A stretch of 63,731 bases of DNA, the filler included, from Folioceros fuciformis (lineage: Eukaryota): the NCBI GenBank assembly GCA_049999805.1. It is 6 parts of 6 records of this genome, joined end to end, with 100 filler letters (N's around TTAATTAATTAA, not from the genome) between each part and the next. Parts side by side here need not be neighbours in the genome. Positions count along the whole stretch, not along the records: positions 21,283 to 30,959 come from JBNGIO010004558.1; positions 31,060 to 40,720 come from JBNGIO010004559.1; 4 more parts are not named here. The stretch is one strand, 5' to 3'. Made by a program: the position numbers and the translations under genes. Position 1 is the first letter of the stretch; the number at the start of each line of letters is the position of its first letter. Below are positions 24,620 to 36,369 of the stretch, one piece after another. Below the pieces are notes generated by a model. That model was not told where the DNA came from. It did not search any database and was given only the letters and a program-made list of their open reading frames with translations.

Positions 24620-26418
24620 CTAAGCTGCAGGTGGATGCTTGTCCTTTCGGTTTCTAATCTCCGCCTCTAGAACTGAGAGACGATTCTTTAGCTTTTCCAC
24701 TTCAGACTCCAAGTCTTCCGCTGAACGCTCTTCATCGTTGCCTGGTGGCGAGGGTTTATAAGGAGTAACTAGATTCGCAGAGAATGACTTCAAAGACTCA
24801 ACGCCCTGAACCTGAAACGTGAGTTGTAGGTAGGTTGTGAGTGGTCAGGTGGTCACAAGCTTGGACGCCAAACTCAAACATGGATGCAACCCAACAACAA
24901 ACATCAATGGCGGATAGAGTGGTCAGTTGATAACAAGGTGACACGTACAATTTCAAACATAATCAACACTAACAAAGCAAACATGATACCTCTTCTGGAA
25001 GGAGCGGCAATAGCGTAATGTGAAAGCCATCGTAAAGTTCATGAAACTGCTCTAGATACTTCTCTTGCATTGCCATCCTTGCTTTTAACAGTCTGGAGTC
25101 ATCAACTGTAGACGAAAGAAAGATCGATATCAGTCACACAAGAGAAAAGGGAGCGATGCAACATGTGGTCAATCTGTGATTGCATCCAATAGTAGAAATT
25201 ACCTTCCTCCTTGAACAAAACTTGATTGATTATGATGTTATGCGTATCTATGTCGAATTTAGCAAGCTCCTGCACTAGTCTCTCTGTTTCATACAGCGAC
25301 AGGAACTCGGGTATGCAGACACACACAAACGTTGTAATGTCCTGCAACAAGATCGAGCTAAGCCAAATATGACCAGATAACCGATGCAATGAAGAGAAGG
25401 CACGTTCTGCCGAGATTGGTACAACATACTGGATCGCCGAACTGCTTGTTGACCTGCTCTATCGCTGCCTTCATCCCTTCCACCTTCCCCATAACGGCAT
25501 CCTCCTGAAAATCATCCGCTGCACCAAAAAGGCGTGACATCTGCAGCATCAGGTGCAAGCTCAGTGACGCTGAAAGTGAAAATGTGACAGACGAGGAAAC
25601 GGACACGTCCACCCGCATGCAGTAGGCTTGCAGAAAACGGCACCTGGTTGAATAATCCCCCAAATCTGTTCTTGAGAGTCAGCACCTTGTCTAAACCCTT
25701 ATCCAAGATAGAAGGAAACTGCAACAATCTTAAAGTGTGGCCTGTGGGAGCAGTGTCAAACACTATGACAGAGTAATCCATCGTCTGCACAAGCCTGTAA
25801 CACGACACGAAGCATGCATGAGGATGCAGAAACCTTTCCCATCCTTTGTCCAATCAGCCAGTAGCCAACATACTTCAACATTTCGGCAAAGCTCATGGCT
25901 TCGTCAATTCCGGGAATGGCATTGGCTAGCTCCGCCACAAACCCTTCCATCCCCTCGCCCTGCTCAAGCTCATCGTTTTCCACAGTAGGATCCACCTCCT
26001 GTGCGAAACAGGGATCCCACAAAACCTCAACAGTCAGCCCAATCTCCGGCTCTGGTCCTGTACGATCACGAGAGCATTCCTCACGATCAACCTCTCAGAC
26101 AACCCAAATTTACAAGCAAGGCCAAGAGCCATCACGACAACTACACGGGAGGAGGCACACCATGGCAAAGAGGTTGGTGAAGCCATTGACAAGAGTTGGA
26201 GACCTGGTGAATTTCTGACGGAAAGCGTCGCTGAGATTGTGAGCAGGATCTGTGGAAATGATGAGCACCGAGTCCCGCACCTCTGCCAGCAACACCGCCA
26301 GCATGGAGCTGCAGGTGGTCTTCCCTACCCCGCCCTTACCCCCGACAAAGATCCACTTCAAACTGGTCTGCTCCAGGACATTCTTCAGGGTAGGCTCCAG
26401 CACCTCCTCTGCCGCCAT
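24620..26418 (-). CDS. GET3: GET3/ASNA1/TRC40 ATPase (cytosolic GET3a-like) for tail-anchored protein targeting; multi-exon
   Basis: [17 protein letters not shown] (deviant Walker A), [63 protein letters not shown] and [18 protein letters not shown]. Stop TAG at 24622-24620. Confidence 0.95.
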
Positions 26419-26876
26419 GCCTCCCGTCTCTTCCAAGTACTTGACCCCCGCTTTCGAATTGGGACAACCCAATCGGATCCTCCTTCAGACTGTATATACG
26501 ATGGCCTAATCCTGCGTATGGGACTGGGCAATTCTTCGTCCCACAAACTCATAGGTCGAGACCTTATTTCCTGTGCAGGCCTGATTTCGGCCTCAACCCT
26601 GCGCTGGGGCTCTACGTGACAGACACCCAGCTCAGTTTGAACGTAGCATAAACCCATGGACAGGAAAAAGTTGTCAGCATCGTTGTATTACCATGCGACA
26701 ATTTACTACCATCTAAATAACAACGCTGGTTTGAGTGCCAAGCAAGTAAGCTCCATGCATGTTTAGCAGAGCAGGTTACTACTTCTAGTAAAGTGTGTAT
26801 AGTGAATAATAGCTTAAGGCTTAAGTAAGTACTTAAGTAAGTAGTTGCTAAGTTAGTCCTCCTCTTCTTAAAGATC

Positions 26877-29800
26877 AAGGCTGCGAGTCCTCCTAGAAGA
26901 GGAGGGCGGGCTACTTGGAGGCCTAGTGCTGTGTCCGGTGTTTAAAATTGACCCTTGCTTTGGCTTCTAACTACATGGTTCTGCCCCACCCCTTCAACGG
27001 GGTGTTACTTGTTGCGGGGTGTTACTTGTTGGTATCAGACGGGGTGTTACTTGTTGGTATCAGACGGGGTGTTACTTGTTGGTATCAGAGCATAGGTTGG
27101 TGCTTGGGCTATGCCTTGAGAGCATGTGTAGCCCTCCTCTTCATGGGCTATNNNNNNNNNNAGCCCTCCTCTTCATGGGCTATGCCTTGAGAGCATGTGT
27201 AGCCCTCCGCTTCAAGGCTGCGAGTCCTCCTAGAAGAGGAGGGCGGGCTACTTGGAGGCCTAGTGCTGTGTCCGGTGTTTAAAACTGACCCTTGCTTTGG
27301 CTTCTAACTGCATGGTTCTGCCCCACCCCGTTGAAGGGGGTGTTACTTGTTGGTATCAGAGCATAGGTTGGTGCTTGGGCTATGCCTTGAGAGCATGTGT
27401 TGCTTGGGCTGTGAGAGCACATGAAAGGTGATTTGAATAAAGAGCAGCAGCAAGGGTGCTGGCTGCGAGTCCTCTTAGAAGAGGAGGGCGGGCTCCTTGG
27501 AGGCCTAGTGCTGTGTCCGGTGTTTAAAACTGACCCTTGCTTTGGCTTCTAACTGCATGATTCTGCCCCACCCCGTTGAAGGGGGTGTTACTTGTTGGTA
27601 TCAGAGCATAAGTTGAAGCATCCTTGACTAGTACGCTAGTTAACGATGGCAGATCCTGCTGAGCCAGGCAGAGCAGAGAGGGTGCGCCGCAGGAAGGATA
27701 AGGCCCCGCTTACCGAAGCCGTTGCGGAAGAGCCACAGGCGGATCCTCAAGTCGTGAGAACGACGAAGGAAGGAACTTCGGAGCAAAGGACCGGTACCAC
27801 CATAGAGGATCAGCTCCAAAAAATCATGAGGAGCCTTGATGCTCTAGATTAAGAGATCAAAGGCAAACGTAGGCTCGTTGAAGAAGAGCCAGAAGAAGTG
27901 GAGCCCGAGCCTGAGATCAGTGCTCCTAAGAACGCCAAGAAGTTGAGATTGAGTGTTCCTGCGCCTAAGAGTTACAAAGGTGAGCGTGACGTAGAGAAAA
28001 TCAGTTCTTGGTTTTTCTCTTTGGAAGCGTACTTGGAATCATGCGAAGTGCCGCAAGACGAGTACTTGAAACACGTCACGAACTTCTTGGACGAGTATGC
28101 TCTTACTTGGTGGAGGACTTACGTAGAGAACGTAAGGCAAGGCAATCGTAGAGCAACAATCTTCACATGGGCAGACTTCAAGGAAGCGCTGCAACTTCGT
28201 TTCCAACCAGCTAATGCTGTGAGTTTGGCGCGAAGGATGCTCGACAATGTCAAGCATACTCGAATTTTGCGGGAGTATATGAGTGAATTTAGCTCTATTG
28301 TCTTGCAATGTCCTGAGATGCATGAGCAGGACAAACTCCACAAGTTTACTATTGGCCTTAAGAGATGGGCTCAAAACAGGATTGCATTGACTAATCCTCA
28401 GACGTTGCAAGAGGCTATAGCAGCAGCAAATGCCATACCGGACGTGTTTGTCCAGGAGGCTCCAATCTTGAGGGGGAGATATCCTAGATCTCAAAGTAGA
28501 TCTAGAGGCAAAGGACGAGCCACCACCATTGGGAACAGTGCAACTACTGAGACTACTGCCAGAAGCCGGGGTAGAGGTGATAACAGGAGTCGTGGAAGAC
28601 GACGTGCAGCGCCTACCTCTGGTGTATGTTATAGTTGTGGAGAGCAGGGACATTTTGCTAGAAACTGTCCACATGTAGGAGCTCCCAACTTGAATCTAGT
28701 TGCCGCAAATCTACCTGTTCCTAGAGCCAGGATCCAAGAGCTCCCTGAAGAGTCTAGGTGACGCCAGGGGCCACGTGTTGTGAGGACATGTGGTGAGTCA
28801 TTGAGTGACAAGGATGTCACTATTTCCATGACCTGATGGAGACTTGATGTATATATGTGGCAAGATCAATGGCTTGGATGTTGAGCTATTGTTAGATTCT
28901 GCAGCCACCCATAATTTTTTGACTCCACGTAAGGCAAGAGAGCTTGGCCTTGATTGGACTGAAACTTCCACACCATATAGAATCAAGCAAGCTAAAGGAA
29001 CTCTGCAATTTTCTAAGTGAATTGCATGGAGTAAAGCTGCAAGTTGATGCGTGGCAAGGAAGTGTGAGTTTTACAATCATGGAAATGGATGACCATGATA
29101 TCGTCCTAGGTCTGGAGTGGTTGAGATCTAATGAAGTGCAAATGGATGTTAAGTCACGCACTATCGAGATATCCAGAAAGCACAAAGTGAGTTGTGCTAG
29201 TAGTAGCTAGAGGCTTGAGAGCGTATCAGTACAGCTGATTACAAAAAAAGAGCTCAAGAAAGACCTTAGGAAAAAGAAGGAGTTATACTTGCTTGTACTC
29301 CAAGGACTAGAGGATGGTCTGGAAGAAGATTCCATAGAGGAGAAGGACATCCCAAAAGAAGTACAAGCTGTACTAGATGAGTTCAAGGACTTGATGCCAT
29401 ATGAGTTGCCACCATTGCCGTCTCGCAGAGTTGTGGATCATGAAATTGAGTTGAGGCCAGGGAGTACACCTCCTTCGAGAGCACCATATAGATTGTCACA
29501 AGACGAGTTGCAAGAACTCAAGCGACAACTATCCAACTTGTTGGCAAAGGGATATGTTAGAGTTTCTAAGTCTCCCTTTGGTGCGCCTGTGTTATTCACA
29601 CGCAAAAAGAATGGAGGACTTAGATTGTGTCTGGATTATAGAGCTTTAAACCAGATCACAATCAAGAATGCATATCCTTTGCCAAGAATGGACAACATGT
29701 TTGACAGGTTGAAGGGTGCCAAGTATTTCACCAAGCTAGACTTGATGGCAAGGTACTATTAGATCAGGATTGTTGAGGGGCATGAGTACAAAACAGCATG

Positions 29801-30959
29801 TAGAACAAGGTATGGATCTTTTGAGTTCCTTGTCATGCCATTTGGACTTACTAACGCACCTGCTACATTTCAGACTCTTATGAATACTATATTCTGTTAG
29901 AGTTTTCTAGAGCGGAGAGCTTGAGAAAATCAGAACAATGGTAGGCAAAAAAATAATACATTACAATTAACAAAAATGTTTAAATACGTAAGTAAAGTGT
30001 CTCTTCATATTAGGGCTAATTAATCAAGGCTAATTATGGTAAATATATTATCAACCCTAATCTAATGACGTGGTTACCAAGACCTAGTAGGTCTCTTAAC
30101 ATATTCATAGATCTGGTGGACAAGTGTGTTGTAATCTATTTGGATGACATTTTGATCTATAGTCATACCTTGGAGGAACATGTTGAACNNNNNNNNNNNN
30201 NNNNNNNNNNNNNNNNNNNNNNNNNNNNNNNNNNNNNNNNNNNNNNNNNNNNNNNNNNNNNNNNNNNNNNNNNNNNNNNNNNNNNNNNCAGAGACTAAGA
30301 GAGAATTCTTTGTTCTTGGCAATCAAGAAGTGTGACTTTGTCAAGACAGAAATTCCATTCTTAGGTTTCGTTGTCTTTGCCGAGGGCATCAGGATGGATC
30401 CTGATAAAGTTAAGGCCATTCAAGATTGGCAGCCCCCTTGAAACATTCATGAGGTGCGAAGTTTTATGGGTTTGGCTTCTGTTTACAGGAAGTTTGTAGC
30501 AGCCCCCATAACTGACCTCTTCAAGACAGTAAAAGCTTGGAAATGGGATACTGAGTGTCAAGCAGCCTTTGAATGCTTGAAGAAGAAGTTGAGCACGACT
30601 CTGGTGTTGGGAATGTATGACCCCAAGAGAGATGTGGAAGTGTATTGTGATGCCTCAGATGTGGCTATAGGTGGAGTTTTGATGCAGGACCAAAAGCCAT
30701 TAGCTTTTGAGTCAGGAAAGTTGCATCCTTATGAGAGGAAGTATCCCACCTATGAGAAGGAAATGACTGTTGTCATCCACTGTCTGAAGGCTTGGAGACA
30801 CTATCTCTTGGGCAGGTGTTTTGTGTTGTATACTGATAATATCAGCACGACGTACTTCTCAAACCAGTTGAAGTTGAATGCGAGGCAAGCTAGATGGCAA
30901 GATTTCCTAGCTATGTATGACGTGACTCTAAGATATAAACCTGGAAAAGAGAATAAGGT
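26877..30959 (+). mobile_element. Decayed Ty3/Gypsy LTR retrotransposon (LTR end/PBS, gag, protease, RT, RNase H), truncated by contig end
   Basis: PBS TGGTATCAGAGC (tRNA-iMet type). Gag 27646-28761 with an internal stop and zinc knuckle CYSCGEQGHFARNC. Protease LLDSAATHNF near 28890. RT motifs [24 protein letters not shown] and YLDD (about 30137). RNase H CDASDVAIGGVL. RT-RNase H directly after protease is Gypsy order. Confidence 0.92.
29895..30101. mobile_element. Solo LTR (207 bp) inserted in the Gypsy RT coding sequence
   Basis: Termini TGTTA...TAACA. Flanked by a perfect 5-bp TSD TATTC (29890-29894 and 30102-30106). Removing it rejoins RT as TLMNTIF/IDLVDKCVVIYLDD. Confidence 0.85.
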
Positions 30960-31473
30960 NNNNNNNNNNNNNNNNNNNNNNNNNNNNNNNNNNNNNNNNN
31001 NNNTTAATTAATTAANNNNNNNNNNNNNNNNNNNNNNNNNNNNNNNNNNNNNNNNNNNNGTTCATGTGTGGTATCCACCAACATCTCTCCAACGTACACG
31101 AAAATGCGAGGCTTAAAAAAACCATGCCCAGTGATCGTGAGATGTAGACCAAACATGATTGAGCGTCCCACCCTTCATTCATTTCCTGTGACATTCATTG
31201 TGTATTTCCCACGTTCAGACCTCAGAATCGCTCCGTCCTCACTTGCAACCAACTCGCTTTCATCCCCTTTGTCTCCTGTTCACCGCACGACGTAACGCGG
31301 TAAGGGAAACTGCATTCCGGTCTGAGTATGCATCTCTGAGAGTAAGACAGCTGAGCTGGATAAGTATGAGCGATGAGTGTGCTGGTCTTGGAGTTAATCA
31401 ATCCCTCTCACCCTCTAGAAGGAAAGGGTTTTTCTCACGCGTGTACACTTTGGCACTGATCAGTTCACTGTCC

Positions 31474-34400
31474 TCACGGTCGACCTCTGCAACTGCAAGA
31501 ACCAGCTGCGAATCGATGCACACGGTACCCATCTCTTACAACAATGTCTCTCTGTTCAAGCCTTGACATGATCTCCGTGGACCTGTGGCAGTCACTGCAC
31601 ATGCGTAGATTTTTTGTTACCACCAGAGGTGTCCCACTCGGAGTGTTCAAGAGACCAAACGCCAGAGCTAGCTTCTCAGCATGCCCACAAAGCGCATCTT
31701 CCTTTTCTTTCTCACACAGTGGCTTCAACACCAACTTCGTGTGAGGTACGTGGCCCCCTTCTTGCTTCAAACGTGCATTTGTGCTCTCTACCTTGAAAGC
31801 AATATCCTTTCTCCTTTCCCCGACCAAAAATCTATGTATCTGCTTATTCACCTCAATGCTCGCCACTGCAGCTTTCTTGTTAGCTCCTGCTGCCATTCTC
31901 TGTGTTTCAATCCTGTCTACATCAGTCCACCTACCCGCATCTGCATAGGCATTCGCCATGAGCACATACGCAGACGCGTTTTGAGGGTCCTGCTTAACAA
32001 TGCTTTCAAAACACCACATCGCCCTCTCTATATCCCCGTGGCTTTTGCAGGCATTCAAAAAGGACGTCAAGCCCACAACATCAATTGGCCCCTTACATGA
32101 CAACAGCATCTTCTCTGCCTCATCTAAACGGCCTGCACGCCCAAGAAGATCAATCATGCAATTGTAATGCTCAAGAGTAGGGATAACGCCATGCTGTTCA
32201 GCCATGGAATCGAAATACTTGCAACCCTCGTCAACCAGCTCCTCATGACTGCATGCCGCAAGAAGGCAAGTAAAAGTAACATCATCAGGGTGAATACCAG
32301 CAACTAACATCTCCTCAAAACAAGCTAGTGCCCTGTGACCTTCATCACAAGCACCGTACCCAGATATCAGGGCATTCCATGTAACCACGTCCTTTGTAGC
32401 CATGCTGTCAAAAACCTGGCGGGCGTCTTCCAGAACACCACATTTTGAATACATGTCCACCAGACAGTTGCCCAACGTTATGTTAGCAAGCAGTCCTCTT
32501 TCTACAATTTGTGAGTGCAGCTGCCTGCCCTTCTGTAAGGCACCCGCGCTCGCACAGGCATTCAAAAGACAAACAAAAGTAACATCATTCGCCACGAGCA
32601 GGCCCTCTTGCTCCATTAGTCCATATAGTACAAGCGCCTCTTGGCTGAGTCCTTGCTGTGCATACCCAGCAATCAGCGCTGTCCATGTCACCACATCCTT
32701 TGTGGCCAAGCTTTCGAAAACCTGGCGTGCAACTTCCAGTTCACCACATTTTGCATACATGTCCACCAGGCAATTGCCCAACACTACATCAGCGAGCAGT
32801 CCCCTTTGGACAATCTGTGAGTGCAGCTGCCTGCCCCTCTGTAACGAACCACTGCTTGCACAAGCCTTGAGAAGGCAAGAAAAAGTAAAATGGTCAGCCA
32901 AAATGTGACCTTCCTGCTCCATTTGTCCATACAAAACAAGCGCCTCTTGGCCGAGTCCTTGCTGTGCATACCCAGCAATTAATGTCGTCCAAGTCACCAC
33001 ATCCTTTCTGGTCAAGCTTTCAAAAACCTGACGTGCATCTTCCAGCTCGCCACATTTTGAATACCCAGCTATCAAAGCATTCCATGTCACCACATTCTTC
33101 GTGTTCATGCTATCAAAAACCTGGCGCGCGTCCTTCAGTTCACCACACTTTGAATACATATCCACCAGGCAGGTACCAACAAACAAGTTAAGAGGAATGC
33201 CGCTGTGCAACACATCACTGTGCACTCTTCTGCCAGATTCCAAGTCGGTGGCAAACGCACAAGCTTGAAGGGCAGCTACAAAGACGTAAGCATCCGCCTT
33301 CACTCCTGACCTACGCATCTCATGATACAATTTTATAGCCTCATTGGGTTCCCCGTGCTTAGCATATGCAGAGATTATCGAAAACCACATGAAGGTATCT
33401 GGTTTCCTCACCTTGGTGAACACATCCATGGCCTCCTGCAACCTATTTCCAATTGCATACATGCGCAGGATATGGTTCCCCAAGTACACACTCGACTCGT
33501 ACCCAAGTCTGACAGTGAGATCATGAACTCGTCGACCCATAGCTAGATCCCTCTTGGCTGTACACAGTTTCAGCACAGTGTGAAACAGAGACTGAGAAAT
33601 ACCACAACCTAACTGCGCCAAAGATTCCAGGGCTCCAACGGCCTCAGAAAGCTTCCCCTGGCGACATAACATGCTCACGGTTCCAGCAGTTACGACGCCC
33701 ATTCCCGATCCTTCACGCCTACCAGGTTCAGGCTCATTCGGAACGCTGGACTTGAAAGATGAGGCACCATGGCCCATCTGCATATCCAACGAAAGGAGCT
33801 GCTCATCAACCCAAGCTGGCTTGTTGTTTAACCACAAGGCCTCGCCGGACCCCTTACGCCGGAAGTCAGGAATACGGGAGCTTTTCTTATCTCGTCTATT
33901 ATCCCACCACAAGGCAGGGTCCAGAAAAAATTGATGCCACAAGTCCTCCTGCGCCTGGCGACTACCGTCTCTGGGTGACTCGTACCCGCCCACGAATTTT
34001 CTCGGAAGTGGAAGTGCTGGGCTCCCCACACTGCTGCACATTGTGCCCATTTCCAATCCTGCACGCCTGCCACGATCCAGCTTATCCGGGGAGCTCACCC
34101 TGGACGGAGAGGCACCACGACCCGTTTGTGTATCCAAGGAAACGAGCTGCTCATCAACCCAAGCTGGCTTATTGATGCTATTTAACCACAAGACCTCCCC
34201 GGACCCCTTACGCCGGAAATCAGGCGAACGGGAGCTCTTGGTATCTAGTCTGTTGTCCCACCGCATGGTTGGGTGCAGAAAAAAATGTTGCCACAAGTGC
34301 TCCTCCTCCCGGCGAGAACCATCCCTGGATATCCAATCCCCACCCAGACAGCTTTCCGGATTTGGAACTGATGGGCACCCTACTCTTCTGCACCTGGAGA

Positions 34401-34521
34401 CTTGATTGTACGCCGGAAGTTGACTCTCTGAAGCGATGTGAGCGGGTATTCCTGGTGGAATCCCTGCAGGCACACAACGTCGTTGTGTCCACGACCGTTC
34501 CGGTTGCCATACTCCGGCCAT
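31474..34521 (-). CDS. PLS-class PPR protein with E1/E2 and DYW:KP (GRP-type) domain plus two N-terminal OSB-type PDF motifs; candidate U-to-C editing factor (1015 aa from ATG 34521, intronless)
   Basis: Paralog of 5122-8031. ATG at 34521 (MAGVWQPERSW) aligns with MAKSWQPGPVW, whereas the ORF-track start at 34557 is a TTG. Contains a PLS array and KKAAVASIEV...HAEKLALAFGL...CSDCH...CSCRGRP. Confidence 0.95.
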   Translation of the reverse strand: MAGVWQPERSWTQRRCVPAGIPPGIPAHIASESQLPAYNQVSRCRRVGCPSVPNPESCLGGDWISRDGSRREEEHLWQHFFLHPTMRWDNRLDTKSSRSPDFRRKGSGEVLWLNSINKPAWVDEQLVSLDTQTGRGASPSRVSSPDKLDRGRRAGLEMGTMCSSVGSPALPLPRKFVGGYESPRDGSRQAQEDLWHQFFLDPALWWDNRRDKKSSRIPDFRRKGSGEALWLNNKPAWVDEQLLSLDMQMGHGASSFKSSVPNEPEPGRREGSGMGVVTAGTVSMLCRQGKLSEAVGALESLAQLGCGISQSLFHTVLKLCTAKRDLAMGRRVHDLTVRLGYESSVYLGNHILRMYAIGNRLQEAMDVFTKVRKPDTFMWFSIISAYAKHGEPNEAIKLYHEMRRSGVKADAYVFVAALQACAFATDLESGRRVHSDVLHSGIPLNLFVGTCLVDMYSKCGELKDARQVFDSMNTKNVVTWNALIAGYSKCGELEDARQVFESLTRKDVVTWTTLIAGYAQQGLGQEALVLYGQMEQEGHILADHFTFSCLLKACASSGSLQRGRQLHSQIVQRGLLADVVLGNCLVDMYAKCGELEVARQVFESLATKDVVTWTALIAGYAQQGLSQEALVLYGLMEQEGLLVANDVTFVCLLNACASAGALQKGRQLHSQIVERGLLANITLGNCLVDMYSKCGVLEDARQVFDSMATKDVVTWNALISGYGACDEGHRALACFEEMLVAGIHPDDVTFTCLLAACSHEELVDEGCKYFDSMAEQHGVIPTLEHYNCMIDLLGRAGRLDEAEKMLLSCKGPIDVVGLTSFLNACKSHGDIERAMWCFESIVKQDPQNASAYVLMANAYADAGRWTDVDRIETQRMAAGANKKAAVASIEVNKQIHRFLVGERRKDIAFKVESTNARLKQEGGHVPHTKLVLKPLCEKEKEDALCGHAEKLALAFGLLNTPSGTPLVVTKNLRMCSDCHRSTEIMSRLEQRDIVVRDGYRVHRFAAGSCSCRGRP

Positions 34522-34964
34522 CGTCCTGGGACCGCTGTTGGACAGCGAGTCCGACAACAGAGAACACTACGGCCGACATCTATGGCCTGGTGCAAAAGTA
34601 CTGCACACTTTCGCCCGCCATGCACATTCTTTGATAACATTGGCGAGAATGTGAAAGCTCTTACAGGCATTTCAGGTCTGGGAACCTTTCGATGTGCTGC
34701 ACTGGGCTGTTGCCCTATTCCGTTTAGTGATATAGCGCCCATGACATTAATGGGGAGTTAGTCCTCCTTGCCCCAATCTTAACCACTCATTTCTTAATCC
34801 AACCAAAAAGGTTATGGACTTACCAAGCTTCTCGGTCCTCGAGGAAGGGGCGTGTCTCTCTAGCCTCCCCCTCTGAATGCTCAAATGTGCCTTCCTTGTC
34901 TATCCATTCACGTTTTACTAGGCTTATGCTACGAGTATGGGGAAATCTTTTATGCTAGGGGTCG

Positions 34965-35082
34965 ACACATCTCATACCTACAAGCTACTAGATGTGGATA
35001 CATCTCATACCTANNNNNNNNNNGGATACATCTCATACCTACAAGCTACTAGATGTGGATACATCTCATATCTACAAGCTAC
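34965..35082 (+). repeat. Short tandem repeat of about 30 bp (gatacatctcatacctacaagctactagatgt), spanning a small gap
   Basis: Three to four near-identical copies visible. The N gap suggests assembly overlap may inflate the copy number. Confidence 0.6.
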
Positions 35083-36369
35083 TTGTCCAAGTAGCTGTAG
35101 CTAATAGGAAGGAAGTATGCAGTGCATGGACTAAAACTTGGAGTGCCTATCCAACAAGATTTGTCTAAGGTGCATTCAACAACCTCATCTATAGCACCAA
35201 GTGTGCTTTTCAACTAGCTGAAGTGCCACAACAATTTTTGCAGCATAACTAGCTACCGCTTAATAGTAGAACCCCCCCAAGATACTCATCTATTGCATTG
35301 AAGATATAATTTTTCAACCTGGCCAAAGTGCTACAATAACTCTAGCAACACAACTAGCTAGATGCCGGTTTAGTGTGCCTTATTAGTGGCCCTTCCTATC
35401 CAGGACAAGAGTACGTGTTGATGGCCTGCATGTTCCTACACCTGTGGGCAACCCCAAGATCACTGCAAGTGGATCTCCTTGATATAGCAATTACTAGGAC
35501 ATGAGAGTGCATGAGCTTGGGGCTGGGCGCTTGGCCGTCCATCTCTTTGGCTTCTCTTGAAAAATGCAGGAGAATCCTTGTTCTACATAGTTTAAGGCAC
35601 TTTGACCCTCAATGTTACGTGGAGGAGCATTTTCGTGTTCGACATAAGATCTCTTTTATCCCCTCTCAACGTAATCAAATTCTGTGGATTCTTTCTGCCC
35701 TGAACACCAATTATGAACAATTCAACATGGGTGGACGGGTTGGCATTAACACTTTTGGTTTAACGGGCTGAGGTAGATTTGGGCGAAAATCTATTGGGAG
35801 GATGTGCCTTCGGCATTGTACTACAGTCTCCAGTGTTGATTTCATAGGTAGTCGACGCATGTATCCCTCCCTCCCTTGGGAGGAGGACAGACTCGGGAGC
35901 GCGAGGCGCCAGTGCAAAATTGCCTGCCCACCAGCGGCACGTGCGGGGAAGGAATAAACCTAGTGAGGTTCTTGGGAATCTGACATGACGTAGCTATTGC
36001 ATTTCATAGCTACCTAGCTAGGTAGGTATTGGTACAATGTACAACACGTCTTTGATGGAAATATCTTCTTACATAAAACGAAGAGAGAGAGAGAGTAGGA
36101 GTGGGAAGGGCGATCGTGGGTGCACTGAGGGAGAGCGTGCTTGCACTTCTGGCAGCGCTCTCACCAGGCTGTCGCTCGCGGCCAGGGGAGGGGAGCGCTT
36201 GACTTGTGCATCAAGCTAGGGCGACTGGCTTTCCCCTTGTCCCGGAGATCTCGCCTTTGGGTGTCAGCAGAAGTGGAAAGGAGAGGGACTCACTTTCGAG
36301 CACGCTCGCGAGCCGTGGAGGCTGCCCCCGGAGTGGTGTGCGGGTCTTACGACAGGAGGTGATTTGATC

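Noticed and set aside
25020-25260. Absence of the CxxC zinc motif in GET3
   Set aside because: This is a known property of plant cytosolic GET3a, so it is not novel.
35920-35965. GC-rich stretch followed by CTAGT as a Helitron 3' end
   Set aside because: The hairpin stem is poor and no 5' TC end or second copy is visible.
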